DNA of 64,000 bases, from positions 4,278,001-4,342,000 of the forward strand of contig CM068756.1 of the NCBI GenBank assembly GCA_035084275.1, in the 5' to 3' direction. The position numbers were made by a program, and so were the translations under genes. Source of the DNA: Hydrolagus colliei (lineage: Eukaryota). The notes beneath the pieces are model-generated. The model had not been told where the DNA came from. It worked only from the letters and a program-made list of their open reading frames with translations, and did no database searches. Positions 12,336-24,998 of the stretch are shown here, in pieces; positions within the stretch are counted from its first letter, which is position 1, and the number at the start of each line of letters is the position of its first letter.

Positions 12336-13392
12336 TGATTGCAACATTGGTTGTTTAAGCTTGTTACACCATGCAAAGGGCTTTGGGTCATCCTCCCTGA
12401 CGTGAAAGGCACTATTCCAAATGGAAAGATCATTATTATTCATTCAAGGGAATTAAATAGTGCTAATCATGATGGGAGGAAAAAAAAATCTCATATCTCC
12501 TGTTCAATCCTTCTTAAATCCTTCTTGATCCTGTTTTTAAGCTCTCTCAAGCCAATCTCCAATCAAAAGGACATGAGGTGGACCAGTTGACATCTCTGTT
12601 AATGTCCCTCCAGAGATGGAGAAATTAGCAAAAGTAAAATGCTATGGTATTGACACAGTAATGCACATGTGCTGGTCTGGAGCGGCTCGAGGGATGGACA
12701 ATTACACACTCTGATGATTGTTTGGGGAGCTACAGTGGCCCCAGCATTCCTCAAGCAAACGGCTGATCCCTCATCCCTCGTTTCACCCACAAAATGTACA
12801 GTCAATTCATTACACAGTATATTCTGTGAAGTGCTTTGAGATGTCTCGAAGATGTGATACGGTGCTGTATTAAATGCAAGGTTTATATTGTGTGCTGATG
12901 AATGGGGAAAAATCTGAAAATTGACAAAAGCCATATTTGCACTCTGTTGCTTCAGGCAAAATACATTGAAATAAATTAATCCATCCTTCGGATGAGACAT
13001 TAATGTTCTGCTGAGAATGAGTCTCACTATCGAGTGCAACAATCAAAGGATGACAGTTCATGCCACTTTGATCATTTTATTGTTTGAGGAGTGAGTGCAT
13101 TACTGTTTTATGTTGTCAATATACTGGCATAGGCTATTTGGGCTAAATAGCCTGTTTTTATGCTGTAACATTCTATATTATTCCACTGGTTGGAACCTTT
13201 TGTGAGCTCAACTCTGTGTGGAAGAACTCAGATTTCCTTCATCCTAAATATTAGGTAATAAAAACGTTAGCAACCAAGAAAAGATTCCTTGTTTCTCTTA
13301 ATTGTTTTAATTAATTGCTGTCAAAATTTCATTTTTTGAGCCAGACTTTATTCGCGTTGTAGATATAACACCCTGGTTAGTGTGTGTTTCTG

Positions 13393-13497
13393 TTTTCCAT
13401 TGAAAACAGCAGCAAAGACACTCAAGCACAGATGAACTTCAGTCCAATTGTACCAATTTAGCTGGCCACTTGTACTCGCATTGTTTTCAATGGAAAA
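13393..13497. repeat. Inverted repeat, possible MITE remnant
   Basis: Perfect 16-bp arms TTTTCCATTGAAAACA (13393-13408) and TGTTTTCAATGGAAAA (13482-13497). Confidence 0.7.
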
Positions 13498-13720
13498 GAT
13501 ACAATTGCAACCTGTTAGAAAGCACTTTAGAAAAGAACTACCAGTTTTATTTCATTGTCTCGCCTCCACCACTTTATTTTGTTCATATACTTTGAATTAA
13601 TTATGTTTCTGTTTTTATCACAAATAGTGTAAAAGAATCATTAAACTGCTCTATTTTATGTACAATACAGGAAGGTTGCCGGTGTGTAGATAGATATAAA
13701 TATCTATATAGATATATAGT

Positions 13721-14035
13721 GGAGTCCTGTAGCTCAGTGGTTAGAGCACACGCCTTACAAACGTGAGACCTGTATTTCAAATCCAGGCAGTTCAGGGTGA
13801 AACCTTGGGTAAGTTTCTTTACTCCACACGCCTAATAATAATCCGTGCAAAAACAACCTACAATAAAAAAATGGTCAATTCAATCCACGAATGTTTGTGG
13901 GACATTGCTGCGCACAATTGGCTGCCGCGTTTCACCCACAAATATACAGTCAATTCATTTTACAGTATATTCTGTGAAGCGCTTTGAGACATCCAGAAGA
14001 CATGAAAAGCGTTGTATCAAAATGCAAGGATTATA
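13721..14035 (+). mobile_element. tRNA-derived SINE, short subfamily
   Basis: A-box head GGAGTCCTGTAGCTCAGTGGTTAGAGC, shared body, L2-type tail ending aaatgcaaggatta. Confidence 0.88.
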
Positions 14036-16321
14036 GATATGCACTTTTCTACTCAATGTGTGGTGGTGTCTGGGGCTCTACGTTTAGGGTCTGTCCATAT
14101 TAGTGCAATGATTCTGATTTGGTCAACTGGAGTGGTCCTTGTCAATGAATTTGCTCTTGCGTAATCAGATTACATGAATTAAGCAGTCAACAAAATTTTC
14201 TTCAGTTGTGTGTAAACACAGGTCAAGTACTGCTGTTTTGTGACTAATCATAACATTTCCAGCATTGAACATAATTCAGCAGGTGGGTGGGGTGGGCTGG
14301 GGTGGGGTGGGTGGTTTAAGTGGCAACTGATGTGGAGAATCAAAGCAAGAGACAATTATATAACTTGAATCAAGTTCGACAATCAGAGCTCTGGACGGCG
14401 TCTGTTGTTCGTAGATGATGGGGTTATCAGGGATGGGGTTATTTTTAAAAGTAACTCTGACATCAAATTCACGTTGACTGAAGTCGCAATTTTGGCAAAT
14501 TAGTCATCAAATATACCTTCGCGTGCCATCACTTCAGAACATTCAGTCGTCAGAACATGTTGAAATCAAACACTTGCCCAAAACAGATTTGTCCTGTAAT
14601 GTTAACATAGTAACGTATTTATCCGATGTGAAAGGTGCTATATAATGGCAATTTATATTTTGTTGTTATATTCTGTTAATTTGTAACTTAGTAGCCTTTA
14701 ACATCGGGAGGATGTCTGAAAACATTTCACAGGAATTTACTGTCAAGTGTAGTGAATGTTTATTTTGCAGGCCAATTTGCACACAGCAATGTCTGACAAA
14801 CATCCATGAAGGGACCAATTTCAAAATACATCTTGACAACACCGTTGTCAGTTTGTTATACAATATTACTGTAACTGAATGAGAACAAGGGAACAAAGAG
14901 GGGGACAGAGCGCTTATCATTCACTATGCCTTGTTGGTTTAATAATTGGGCTATCAATATTAAAATGGGCATTGTACATAATATTAAAGATATTCTACAA
15001 TGTGTGCTGTGATATACAGAGCTCTGGTGCTCTGGAGTTGGAGACTTGAGTAGAAGTCAGAGTCTGATGTTTAATTTCATAGGTGAATAATTAGTTAGAA
15101 ATAGCATATTTAATAAGGTTTTCAGACCAGCCTTTATTCAACTTAATATCATTGTCTCTTAGAAATTAATTGTATCTTAGAACAAATCAAAAACAATGGT
15201 TTTGCCATGTACAGTAGCTATATTGAGGTATGATTTACAGAAACCAAATTGTTCAGGTATTTAGATAGGTGTCAGGCTGATGTCAAAGTATGATCGCAGA
15301 AGACTGAACTGATGCTCTTATGCTTTCAACGCTTCAATTTCAATTTAGTTTCTTTGTATTGTCTCCATTGCTTCAAATAGATATTCTCCCATTTTACTTT
15401 CTCAAACTCTTTGTTATTTTACATTGATTATTTAGTACCTCTCATAGTTCGGTTTCTCTCTGGTAACAAAGTAAACCCATCTGTTATCCTGTTGCTGCTT
15501 CCCAAACTATCCACACACAAACAGTCTGTTCTAATCCTCAATCAACAATATGAAGGGATACAATGGAAGAGCTGGTGAATTAAAAAGTTAATCTAAAATG
15601 AAAACACAAATGCAACAGTGAATGATCTCCTTATGTACTGAAAATGTCTAGCTCTTAATGATTCTGTGTCTAAACATTGTTCTCAGATATAGGAGCAACA
15701 CACAGCACAAATTAAAACCAGGAGATTTACCTTCTGAAGTGATGATCTTTAGTTCACAGCTCTATTGCAATGTTGACTGCTGCTGCTTTGAATTGCACTC
15801 CAACCACCAAATAATGACTTTGGGGATACTGAGACTGTTTCAATCACTCACTCAGAATTTGGTCTTGAATAGCTGTTTAGAAGGTTCTCAGTTTAATTCC
15901 CTCAGATTATGGATTTTCTCCCAACAATGTACAGTACAATGCCTAAATTGATCTAATCTTTGAAGGTGTTATGTCTCTTGTCCACTTTACAATGGACATT
16001 GTAGCATTTTCTAGGAAATTTTCCCTTTACAAACTCAGACCATTTTCTGCTAACCCAAACCATGTAAGGGAATTTAATTTCCTCAAAACTCACTTCATAT
16101 CTCTCTACAGAGCTGCATTTGAAAAATTAAGCCATTACAAATAATTATTGTCTCTTTGATTGTCTCTATCATTATTTGAGTTATGAAAGATAAAATGTTA
16201 CTCATTCAGCCAGAGGAGATTGGGGTAGGGTTGGGGTGGAGGTGGAGTGAGAAAAGTTTTCAACATACAAACATAGTGTTTGTCAATTTGCTCACAATAT
16301 GCACCTTAATGATTCCTTTCT

Positions 16322-16648
16322 GGAGTCATGTAGCTCAGTGGTTAGAGCACTTGCCTTATAAAGCAAAAGACCTGGGTTTAATTCTTGGTGGGGCAAACCT
16401 TGGACAAATTTCCTTGCTCCACATGCCTGATATAATCCCTCGAAAAAAAACAATGTTAAATTGGCTAACAATCCTCGACTCTTTGTGGGACACTGCTGTG
16501 TGCAATTGGCTGCCGCGTTTCGCCCACAAATGTACAGTTAATTCACTTTACCATATGAAATAATGATAGAGGCAGTGTGAAGTGCTTTGAGATGCCGAGA
16601 AGACGTGAAAAGCGCCATATCAAATACCGTACAAGGATTAATATTATT
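16322..16648 (+). mobile_element. tRNA-derived SINE, short subfamily
   Basis: Same head, body and tail as 13721-14035. Confidence 0.88.
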
Positions 16649-18354
16649 CCTCCAAGCCACTTTCCTTCCCTGAGAGCAGCACAGAGTGGAATATTTAACA
16701 TGTCAACAGAAATAGATTTTTTAAAAAGTGAGGGATGATATAGTAAGCCATTATTACTTCATATTGCATTTTAAAGACCAGCGATTGAAAGAAAAGGATT
16801 CCTCTTAACCAGCTGTAAAAGTACACGCACAAATTTTTAAATCAATTTGACTTGGCTGTGATTTTGACGGTGAAACCTAATCCAGACTCCACTGGTTGGC
16901 TTCAGTCAAAAGGTGATGTACTCTCTAATTCCAATTACTATAGTGTACTTAAAATATACCATCTGACCTAACAGTTATGTTTCCTAATTATATATTCTCT
17001 TAGCTCACATCTCCTGTTTCTGGTAATCACGTGTGTGTGTAATTTTGCATCTTACTCGCCCCACCATTCATATGCAAATACTCTCGCTTCCCTCTTCTAA
17101 CAGTGCAATCAGAGTCATCAGCTCAGCATTAATGACCGCAGGAAGTGGCGTACCTACTCTACTGATGTGTTTTTCTTGCAAAAGTGCTTGACTGAGAATT
17201 TGTCTCCGAGGAATAAAGCTTTTAATGTCACTTCTCATTACTGCTTGCGTTTTGAATGACAGATTGAAAATTAAGCTAAATGAAATCCCCCACAAACGAG
17301 GCAGTCGGTTTTCACACAACAATATCTCACGTCAGCCTTACGGTAAATGATCATTTTTATCGGGAGGATTGTTGACCAGGACCATAGGAGAAACTCATTT
17401 TCCTTTCTGTCGAGTAACATGGGATTTTTAAGGTCCACCTGAATAGGTAGACGTGGGACCTTGGTTTAATGCCTGCAAAGCATCCAAACAACCACACCTC
17501 TGAAAATATAGTGCTCCTCGAGGACAACACTGCAGCAACAGCTTAGACTATGAGCTCAAAGTCCTAATGTCCTCTTCGATGGTCCCATTGGCAACTCCTA
17601 ATACCCCACTTCCCTCCCCCCTCGTCCCCAGCTCGGATCTGACACAGTGACTGTCGAACGCCTTGAGACGTCCTCCTGACTGAAAGGCTCTATAGAAATG
17701 TAATTTTTATTGTTGTTGATGTGCTGTTCAAATTCAGAGCCACTGGTATTACTGACTGAACCAGGCAGAAAACAGATTTACACACTGATTGCTTTCTCTT
17801 TTTCTGAAAGACAATTTTTTTCTGCAAAATGAGTAATGCATACATCTGACTGATGCGGATTATTGCCCCACATTGTTTGTCTGTGTCGAGAAATGTGTTC
17901 TCCCTTAATAAGGAAGCAGCTGTTTTGCACTTTAATGTCACAATTCCACTAAGAGCTGATGCTTTAATCTGCGCTCGGCATAGACAATTCCCATGCTTGG
18001 GTAGATTAATGGAGCTTTTCTAATTATAGTCTAACCACTTCGCCGGGCATCTCCGCTCTAACCTCTGGAGGGTTAGTTTGTCTGTGAATGTACTTCTATG
18101 CTTTGCTCCCCTCCTTTCCTGTGAACACTGTCTGATGCTGGGAAGTGTTTTTTTTCACACCTGTGGACTGCTTCAAGTGACTATTCTCCATGTCTCAAAT
18201 TAAACTGTGATTTGAGAGAAACTTTTCAAATATCCGGCCAGCCTGATCCCATCCACAAATTATGTTCACACGACCATCTTCTGTTGAACATCAGCAGCTT
18301 CCCAGTCGATTAATTCATCCTGAGAAGCTGGTGATAGTGAAGCTGGGTGGGAAG

Positions 18355-18510
18355 CATAAACCCAGGCTGCTTTATCCTTCTCATCCCTCGCTTTGTAGCT
18401 CAGGATTTCTGAGCTCAGTTGCAGATCCCGGGGCCTCAACTATTGAGATCAGCTAATTTAGCACAGATCAGGGTTTCAAACCCAGGAATATTCAGGTGAA
18501 CATGATTGAA
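18355..18510 (-). mobile_element. Ancient tRNA-SINE fragment (AmnSINE2-like by recall)
   Basis: Reverse complement ctgatctgtgctaaattagctgatctca resembles 28860-28890; related pieces at 31500-31575(-) and 41300-41462(-). Confidence 0.45.
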
Positions 18511-18734
18511 TATTCGTCCTTGGCCCTCACTCATCTTTGAATTCTTCCAAACCATCAGTCAATCCATCCCACCTGAAGGTAGAGTGTCAAACCAGACAGA
18601 ATAACTTTGTTTGATTGTCAAATCAAGCTTGGGTTTTGATTAGCTTTGTGATAATATATTCATATTTGATTTAGAAAATTCAGTGAATTATCAGTAATTG
18701 CTAGCAATTCGCTCATTTTCTTCACCTCTTGTAA

Positions 18735-18884
18735 TAATAAAAATAATAAAAATCCTTGCATTTGATATAGCGATAATCAGACACATGGAGTAAGATAACT
18801 TGCCAAAGGTTTTGCCTTGCCTGGAATCGAAGCCATGTCTCTCGCTTGCAAGTCGAGTGCTCTATCCACTGAACTATAGGACCC
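18735..18884 (-). mobile_element. Internally deleted tRNA SINE (head joined directly to terminal tail)
   Basis: Antisense head plus the start of the body abuts gctatatcaaatgcaaggatt(ATT)n. Confidence 0.8.
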
Positions 18885-19918
18885 CACAAGATATCCAAGA
18901 GATGTAGCATACAACCAATAAAGAACATATGCAATTTGGAATTGTTAAGCTACAAGCAACACATAATGTTACACTGGCATGAAAATTGTTTTAATATACA
19001 TCCCCTTGTTGAGTGCATAATTCCTGTTTGCCATTCCATTAACATACTTTATCCACACTAAAATCCAAAGGTTACTACATGATCCATTTACTTGCTCCAC
19101 ATGTCATTCATTGGTGTTTGTCTCCTTTGTATCAATCATCTGGGCACATGTCTTGGCATCATCGGCAGCTCATAAGCTATCAAGAGGAATTGAATATTGC
19201 TCCAAGCCATCCTGAAATAGTCAGAGTCTTCCCAAAGGATCTCTTGTTAGACAATGATTTCCCACTGGCAGTGGAATTCTTTCCGTTCATCTTTTCTATC
19301 TGCTTCCTGTAGCTAAGGCACTTTTTAATCTTGCCAGTTAGTTTCAACCTGTACACACACACACATGTTACTGTAATTTCATTGTACTGTAGTTCAATAA
19401 TTTAAAAAATGACCATTGAATCTCACCCTGAAACTATAAATGTGCTATAAAGGCACTTGTTTCACAAGACCGATCGCAGAACCAAATAGAAAATGATGTG
19501 GTTAATGATTCTGTTTAGAGCATAGTCAAAAGCAAAACACATTTCAGCTTCTGTTGTGTTCAGCAGTGTTAGTCATAGATGCAAAACAACAGCAGAATCC
19601 AGGTGCAGCTCAACAGCTCAAGCAGTTGAGTGCTTGTCTCTCAAAGGGAAGGTCGCAAATTGGGCTCAAATCATCAGGCTGCAGCTCTCTCAATTGAGAT
19701 TTCCCCAGGTTAGGTTTTGTTAAGTTAATTATTGGCTCGAACACTAAAAGCCAGATAATGGCTTACAGTACAGCGGATGTGGATTACTGACATACTGTTG
19801 AATCACAGTGGTACTTGTTGAATTAAATCTGCTGGAAAAGTCTTGTTTGTTGCCATTTTACTTCCAGATGAGAACCACGTTAGTCTGGCTAATTTCCGGC
19901 CAAAGCTTTAAACTCATT

Positions 19919-20232
19919 GTCCTGTAGCTCAGCAGTTGGAGTCCTGCAGCTCAGTGGTTAGAGCATTCACCTTAAAAAGTTTGATTCCAGGTTGGGCGAA
20001 ACCTTGGGCAAATTTCCTTACTCCACACGCCTGATGGTAATGTCTCCAAAAAAAATTGTCATTTCATTCCACGACCGTTTGTGGGACACTGCTGTGCGTA
20101 ATTGGCTGCTGCTTTTCACCAACAAATATACAGTCAATTCACTTTACTGCATATTCTATGAAGCTGTTTGAAACATCTAGAAGTTGTGAAAAGCCCTATA
20201 TCAAATGCAAGGATTCTTATTCTTATTCTTAT
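19919..20232 (+). mobile_element. tRNA-derived SINE with duplicated 5' end
   Basis: gtcctgtagctcag followed by ggagtcctgcagctcagtggttagagc; full body and tail. Confidence 0.85.
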
Positions 20233-21054
20233 TAAATTCATCATCTACTATACAGACCAGGAAATAGATTACTGTGAATTTTGTGAATTATACAGACCAG
20301 GAAATAGATTACTGCTCATTTTCAATAATCACAAGCTATACTAACTACCCTTACCCCTACCCATGCAATTTACAATTTGTTAAACATACCAACCTACTAT
20401 GCACCGAGTGTAAACCTTGTGACTTGTCAACTTCCTGAACTACACAACAAGTTACATTTGTATAGAGTCTTTCACGTTGGAAGGACGTCCCAAGGTGTTG
20501 AAAGATGTTTGTCTTTCAGTCGGTCAGGTCACATCACTTTCCTTTTTGTTTTCAATACATCTTTAAAATCCATTGACTTTATCAACGCACTCAAAACATT
20601 TCTAATTTCTTGCCAGGCAAGACTTGCATTCTACAAATCAATGCTGGCTGTTGTTGATCAACTCAGGCCTCTCTAAGTGATTTTTTATTTTATTCTCTAC
20701 TATGGCTTCTAAAAGTTTACCCACTACAGATGTTGGGCTGACTGGTGTATAGTTACCACTCATATATGTCTTCCTCTCTTCTTGACCATATAGTCATATA
20801 TACAGGACCATACAGACATTTTCCTATTGTGTAGAATTGAAGATGACTAAAACTACATAGACAAAACGTCTCACTGCTTGGCTGCAGATAATTGCTCGAG
20901 TGTAGTTTCCACTGTTAATCCTCTAGTGCAACCGTCTTGTTGCCTCAGTGATGTGGAACATCAGTAACTGGTATTGTGTACTCACTAACTGCTGGCTCTC
21001 AAGCAGACCTAAAATTCACAATATAAACATTAACATTGCAGAACTGTATATGTA

Positions 21055-21250
21055 TAATAATCCTTGCATTTGTTATAGGGCTTTTCACATCTTCTAGACA
21101 TCTCAAAGCGCTTCACAGAATATACTGCAAAGTGAAATGACTGTATATTTGTGGGCGAAACGCGGCAGCCGATTGCGCACAGCAGCGTCCCACAAACAGT
21201 CGTGGGTTGAAATGGCCAATTTATTCTAGGTTTGTTATGGACGGATTACA
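21055..21250 (-). mobile_element. tRNA SINE, 3' half
   Basis: Antisense tail and body. Similar tail-only pieces lie near 5038, 5520, 6520, 6840, 7650, 12778, 31578, 32065, 32795, 39135, 40215, 48360, 49380, 50690, 57722, 60472 and 61443. Confidence 0.85.
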
Positions 21251-21957
21251 CCATGACAGAGAAGCAGAGAAGCGCTGAGAGAGTTGTAATATGATTGTGT
21301 CTTCAGATATTGGTCGTAAACTGTTAAAGCCTCCGTTGATAGCTCCTTGATGTTTGTTTCTGAACCGTTGGAGAGATCACTGATTTGTCATGATTCGCTG
21401 CTAATCAAGCCTCTTTGTGAATGCTGGCAATGCATTATCTACCTACCTGTCATTACCACACAAAATCTCCACTCCTTTGCGAGACTGGGGAGGCTAATCG
21501 GCAATTGTGGCAACCCTGTTCCCATGGATACCGTAGTATTTTTGGACATTTTGCTCCAGTGGTTTCCAATCAATCCATAATGGTGAGGAATCATTGTTGT
21601 CTTGGATGAATCGAGTTTAAACCTCAGGCACGTTTATCAAGGGGCTAAAACGACTTATCAAGAACGGGGGTGGTCTAATGCAGTTGAGATAGTGTTTGTA
21701 ATGGATTTGTCTTGCCTTTTGGGCATGTTTTCACATGGAGGAAATCATTTTTCTTGGCGATTGCTCAATTGCTCAATTTTCAATTGCATTATGTTTTGGA
21801 ATTTATACTAATCCTTATGTTAGTACATTGCTGTGAGTTGGTCAGTCTAACTTAGTTGATAGCACTCTCACCTTGAGGCATTGTGGTTTCAAGCTCACTG
21901 TCAGGATTTGGATTTCATGTAGACTTGGGCTCAAGGCTGACAAACCAATAACAATTG

Positions 21958-22301
21958 TAATAATCCTTGTTTTTGATATAGTACTTTGTTATGGCTTCGA
22001 GGCATCTCAAAGCGCTTCACAGAATATGCTGCAAATATATTTTATGGGTGAAACGTGGCAGCGAGTTGCACACAGCAGTGCCCCACAAAACAGTCAGGAA
22101 TTGAAGTGACCGGTTTATTATCATTAACTTAAGGAATTATTACCCCCAGAAGAGTGATCCAACAACCGGGTTTTCACTTATTGTTGGTAACAGAGGCATG
22201 TGGAGTAAATAAACTTTCCCAACGTTTTGGCCCCGTCGGGAATTGAAGCCAGATCTCATGCATGAAAGCCGAGTGCTCTAACCACTGAGCTACAAGACTC
22301 C
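21958..22301 (-). mobile_element. tRNA-derived SINE, long subfamily with extra central module
   Basis: Antisense head ends at gagctacaagactcc; extra module at about 22140-22195. Confidence 0.85.
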
Positions 22302-23101
22302 ACAATGGTGGAGTGTGTGGTTGGGGTAGGGGTGGCCACAGCTATTTGTGGCACATTACTATGTGCACAACTGGCTGTCAAATTTGTCCAGAAAAGGACC
22401 CACAGTCACTAAATTTTAAAGCAAATCCTGTGAAGCACTTTGAGGCGTCCTATGGTGAAAGTGCTATACCAAATTAAGATTGATATTGCAGTATTAAAGC
22501 CATCCTAATGTTTGAGTGGAACCCATCTGGCTGCTCAATGGCCATTATGTTACTTCCATGTATCCGCCAGTCATGTTAACAGTCATGCAGTACAGTTCTA
22601 AATAATTGTTAGGTTATTAAGTAAAGGTCAGAGACACTAATACAAACACAGTAAAGATTTTCAATTACTCGTACTTTTTCCAGGTTCTAAAGACACGTAA
22701 TTGAGATACATTTGAAGTAATTACAGGACGAAGTCTCAGTAATAAATCCTCTGTCATGAAATATAAATTACATTATATAAATCGAGCAAAATCTACCACT
22801 AAGCAAGCTATTGTGAATTTCAAAAGCTGCTATGAAAGGCTGCTGTACAAGTGTAATTTTGTTGTTGTAATTCGTTAGCAATGGCTATGTTTAACCACAG
22901 AGGAGTTTTAAGGTGTGCCAACATTGTTATAAATTCCTTGAAATGATTCAATTATAGTATAATGTATTAAAACGTTAAAGTAACACAGATTATCCAACTA
23001 TTATCCAACTACTTTGATGAAATTAATGTACTCAGTGCAAGGAAAGACCACCAGATAAAAGCATAGCCCATTTGCCAGAACACATCAGCATGTTACTGTT
23101 T

Positions 23102-23932
23102 CAGATGAAGTTTAATGCAGAGAAGTGTGAGGTGATGCATTTTGGGAGAAGAAATGAAGGGAGGCAATATAGGCTAGATAGTACAATTTTAAATGGTGTG
23201 AAGGAACAGAGAGACCTGGGGATTTGTGTTAGTGACTCGTTGAAGGTGGCAGGACAGGTAGACAAGGCTGTTAAGAAGGCATATGGGATACTAGGCTTTA
23301 TAAATAGGGGTATAGAGTACAAAAGTCAGGAAGTGCTGACTAACCTCTATAGGACTTTGGTGAGGCCTCAGCTGGAATACTGTGTTCAATTCTGGTCACC
23401 ACACTACAGAAAGGATGTGAAGGCATTGGAAAGGGTACAACGAAGATTTACTAGGATGGTGCCAGGATTGAGGGACTTCAGCTATGAGGAGAGGCTAGAT
23501 AGGCTAGGGTTATTCTCTCTGGAGCAGAGAAGATTGAGGGGAGACCTAATAGAGGTTTATAAGATCATGAGGGGTTTCGACAGGGCAAATAGAGAAAAAC
23601 TATTTCCACTCGTGGGTGAATCTGTGACTCGTGGTCACAGATTTAAAATAGTTTCAAGGCGCAGTAGAGGGGAGCTGAGGAGAAATTTTTTCACTCAGCG
23701 AGTTGTTCGAATCTGGAATGCATTGCCTGAAAAGGTGGTGGAGGCTGATTCGATAACAACTTTTAAAAGGGAATTAGATCTTTATTTAGGAAGAACGGGT
23801 CTATTAGGCTATGGGGAGCGGGCAGGGCAATGGGATTGAATCGCTCTTTTCAAAGAGCCGGCACAGACTAGATGGGCCGAATGGCCTCCTTTTGTGCCGT
23901 AAAATTCTATGATTCTATGATTCTATGATTCT
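23102..23932 (+). mobile_element. Young 5'-truncated CR1 LINE with uninterrupted RT C-terminal ORF
   Basis: QMKFNAEKCEVMHFG..RDLG..LYRTLVRPQLEYCVQFWSP..LERVQRRFTRM..RRLRGDLIEVYKI..FFTQRVVRIWNALP; stop at 23839; (ATTCTATG)n tail. Confidence 0.95.
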
Positions 23933-24168
23933 AAGATCACGGGTCACCTTGCTTCCACGAGGTTATTTTGAAACCTCGCAAGGGATGAAGAGAAAAGGCA
24001 AGGACAAAGAAGCAATAGAAAATAATAAATCAGAAGGAGCACTAGGAAAATTGATAAAAATGGTTTAGAAAAGTTGCCTAACCACTGAAACAAGCAAGTG
24101 GAAAACTGTTTCAAATACAACCACTAGAACTGGTGACGACAGCGATATTAGCATAGCAAAAGTCTCTA

Positions 24169-24214
24169 GTTAGCCCCTGAAAGTGCTGAAATTTCAGCAC
24201 TTTCAGGGGTTAAC
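24169..24214. repeat. Spacerless palindrome with TTAA-CCC...GGG-TTAA-like ends
   Basis: 36-bp perfect core cccctgaaagtgctgaaa|tttcagcactttcagggg (24174-24209), extending to 46 bp with one mismatch. Confidence 0.9.
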
Positions 24215-24449
24215 CTTATGCCCAGAAGTGTGTTCTTGATATTGCATCACTTCTGGTAACTCCTCCCGACGTGAAAGGCGCTCTACAAATGTAATTTTGT
24301 TGTTGTTGCTGTTGTTGTAGCTGGGAATTGTGTGTGTGTGTGCGGGAGGGGGGAACGACAAATAATCATGAATCATCAGTAAATTTTTTTATAGATCTTC
24401 GGTATCAACGCAAATACCTTGTTTGTTTTGTCCAAAAAGGTAACGCTTA

Positions 24450-24800
24450 AGAATAATCCTTGCATTTGTTATAACGCTTTATCATGTCATTGAGACGTCT
24501 CAAAGTTCTTCACAGAATACATTGGTAAAAATTGATTGTTTTGTGTGGGCAAAACGTGGCAGCCAATTGCGCACAGCAGAGTCCCATAAACAGTCATGGA
24601 TGGAGTGACCCCCAGTTTATGTGAAAAGATTATTATCCCCGGACAGCGATCCGCCAATCAACTAAGAACCTTGTGCCTACTTACTGCTGGGTAAACAACG
24701 ACAACAACCTGTATTTATTCAGCGCCCTTCAAACGAGGTAAGCGTCCCAGAGCGCTTAAACAAAGCCGTGTGGAATAAGGAAATTTGCCTGAGATTTTAC
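24450..24800 (-). mobile_element. Long-subfamily tRNA SINE interrupted by an L2 3' tail fragment (about 24695-24760)
   Basis: Antisense tail, body and central module; the insert begins acaacgacaacaacctgtatttattcagcgcc. Confidence 0.8.
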
Positions 24801-24967
24801 TTGCTTGTGAGGCGAATCTTTGTCAGACGCTGGTGAAGTGAATGTTTCTTTTTGAAATATTTTTGCTGAAACTTGTGATCCTCAAACCTCTCAAGATATT
24901 TTCATCTCTACCGTTTATACTGAGTTGGGGGGGGAGAAAAATAATCAATTTTTCTAATAGGAAATAG

Positions 24968-24998
24968 ACAAATAGTCTAATAGAATTAGACTATTTGT
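24968..24998. repeat. Perfect hairpin, 14-bp arms and 3-nt loop
   Basis: acaaatagtctaat-aga-attagactatttgt. Confidence 0.9.
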
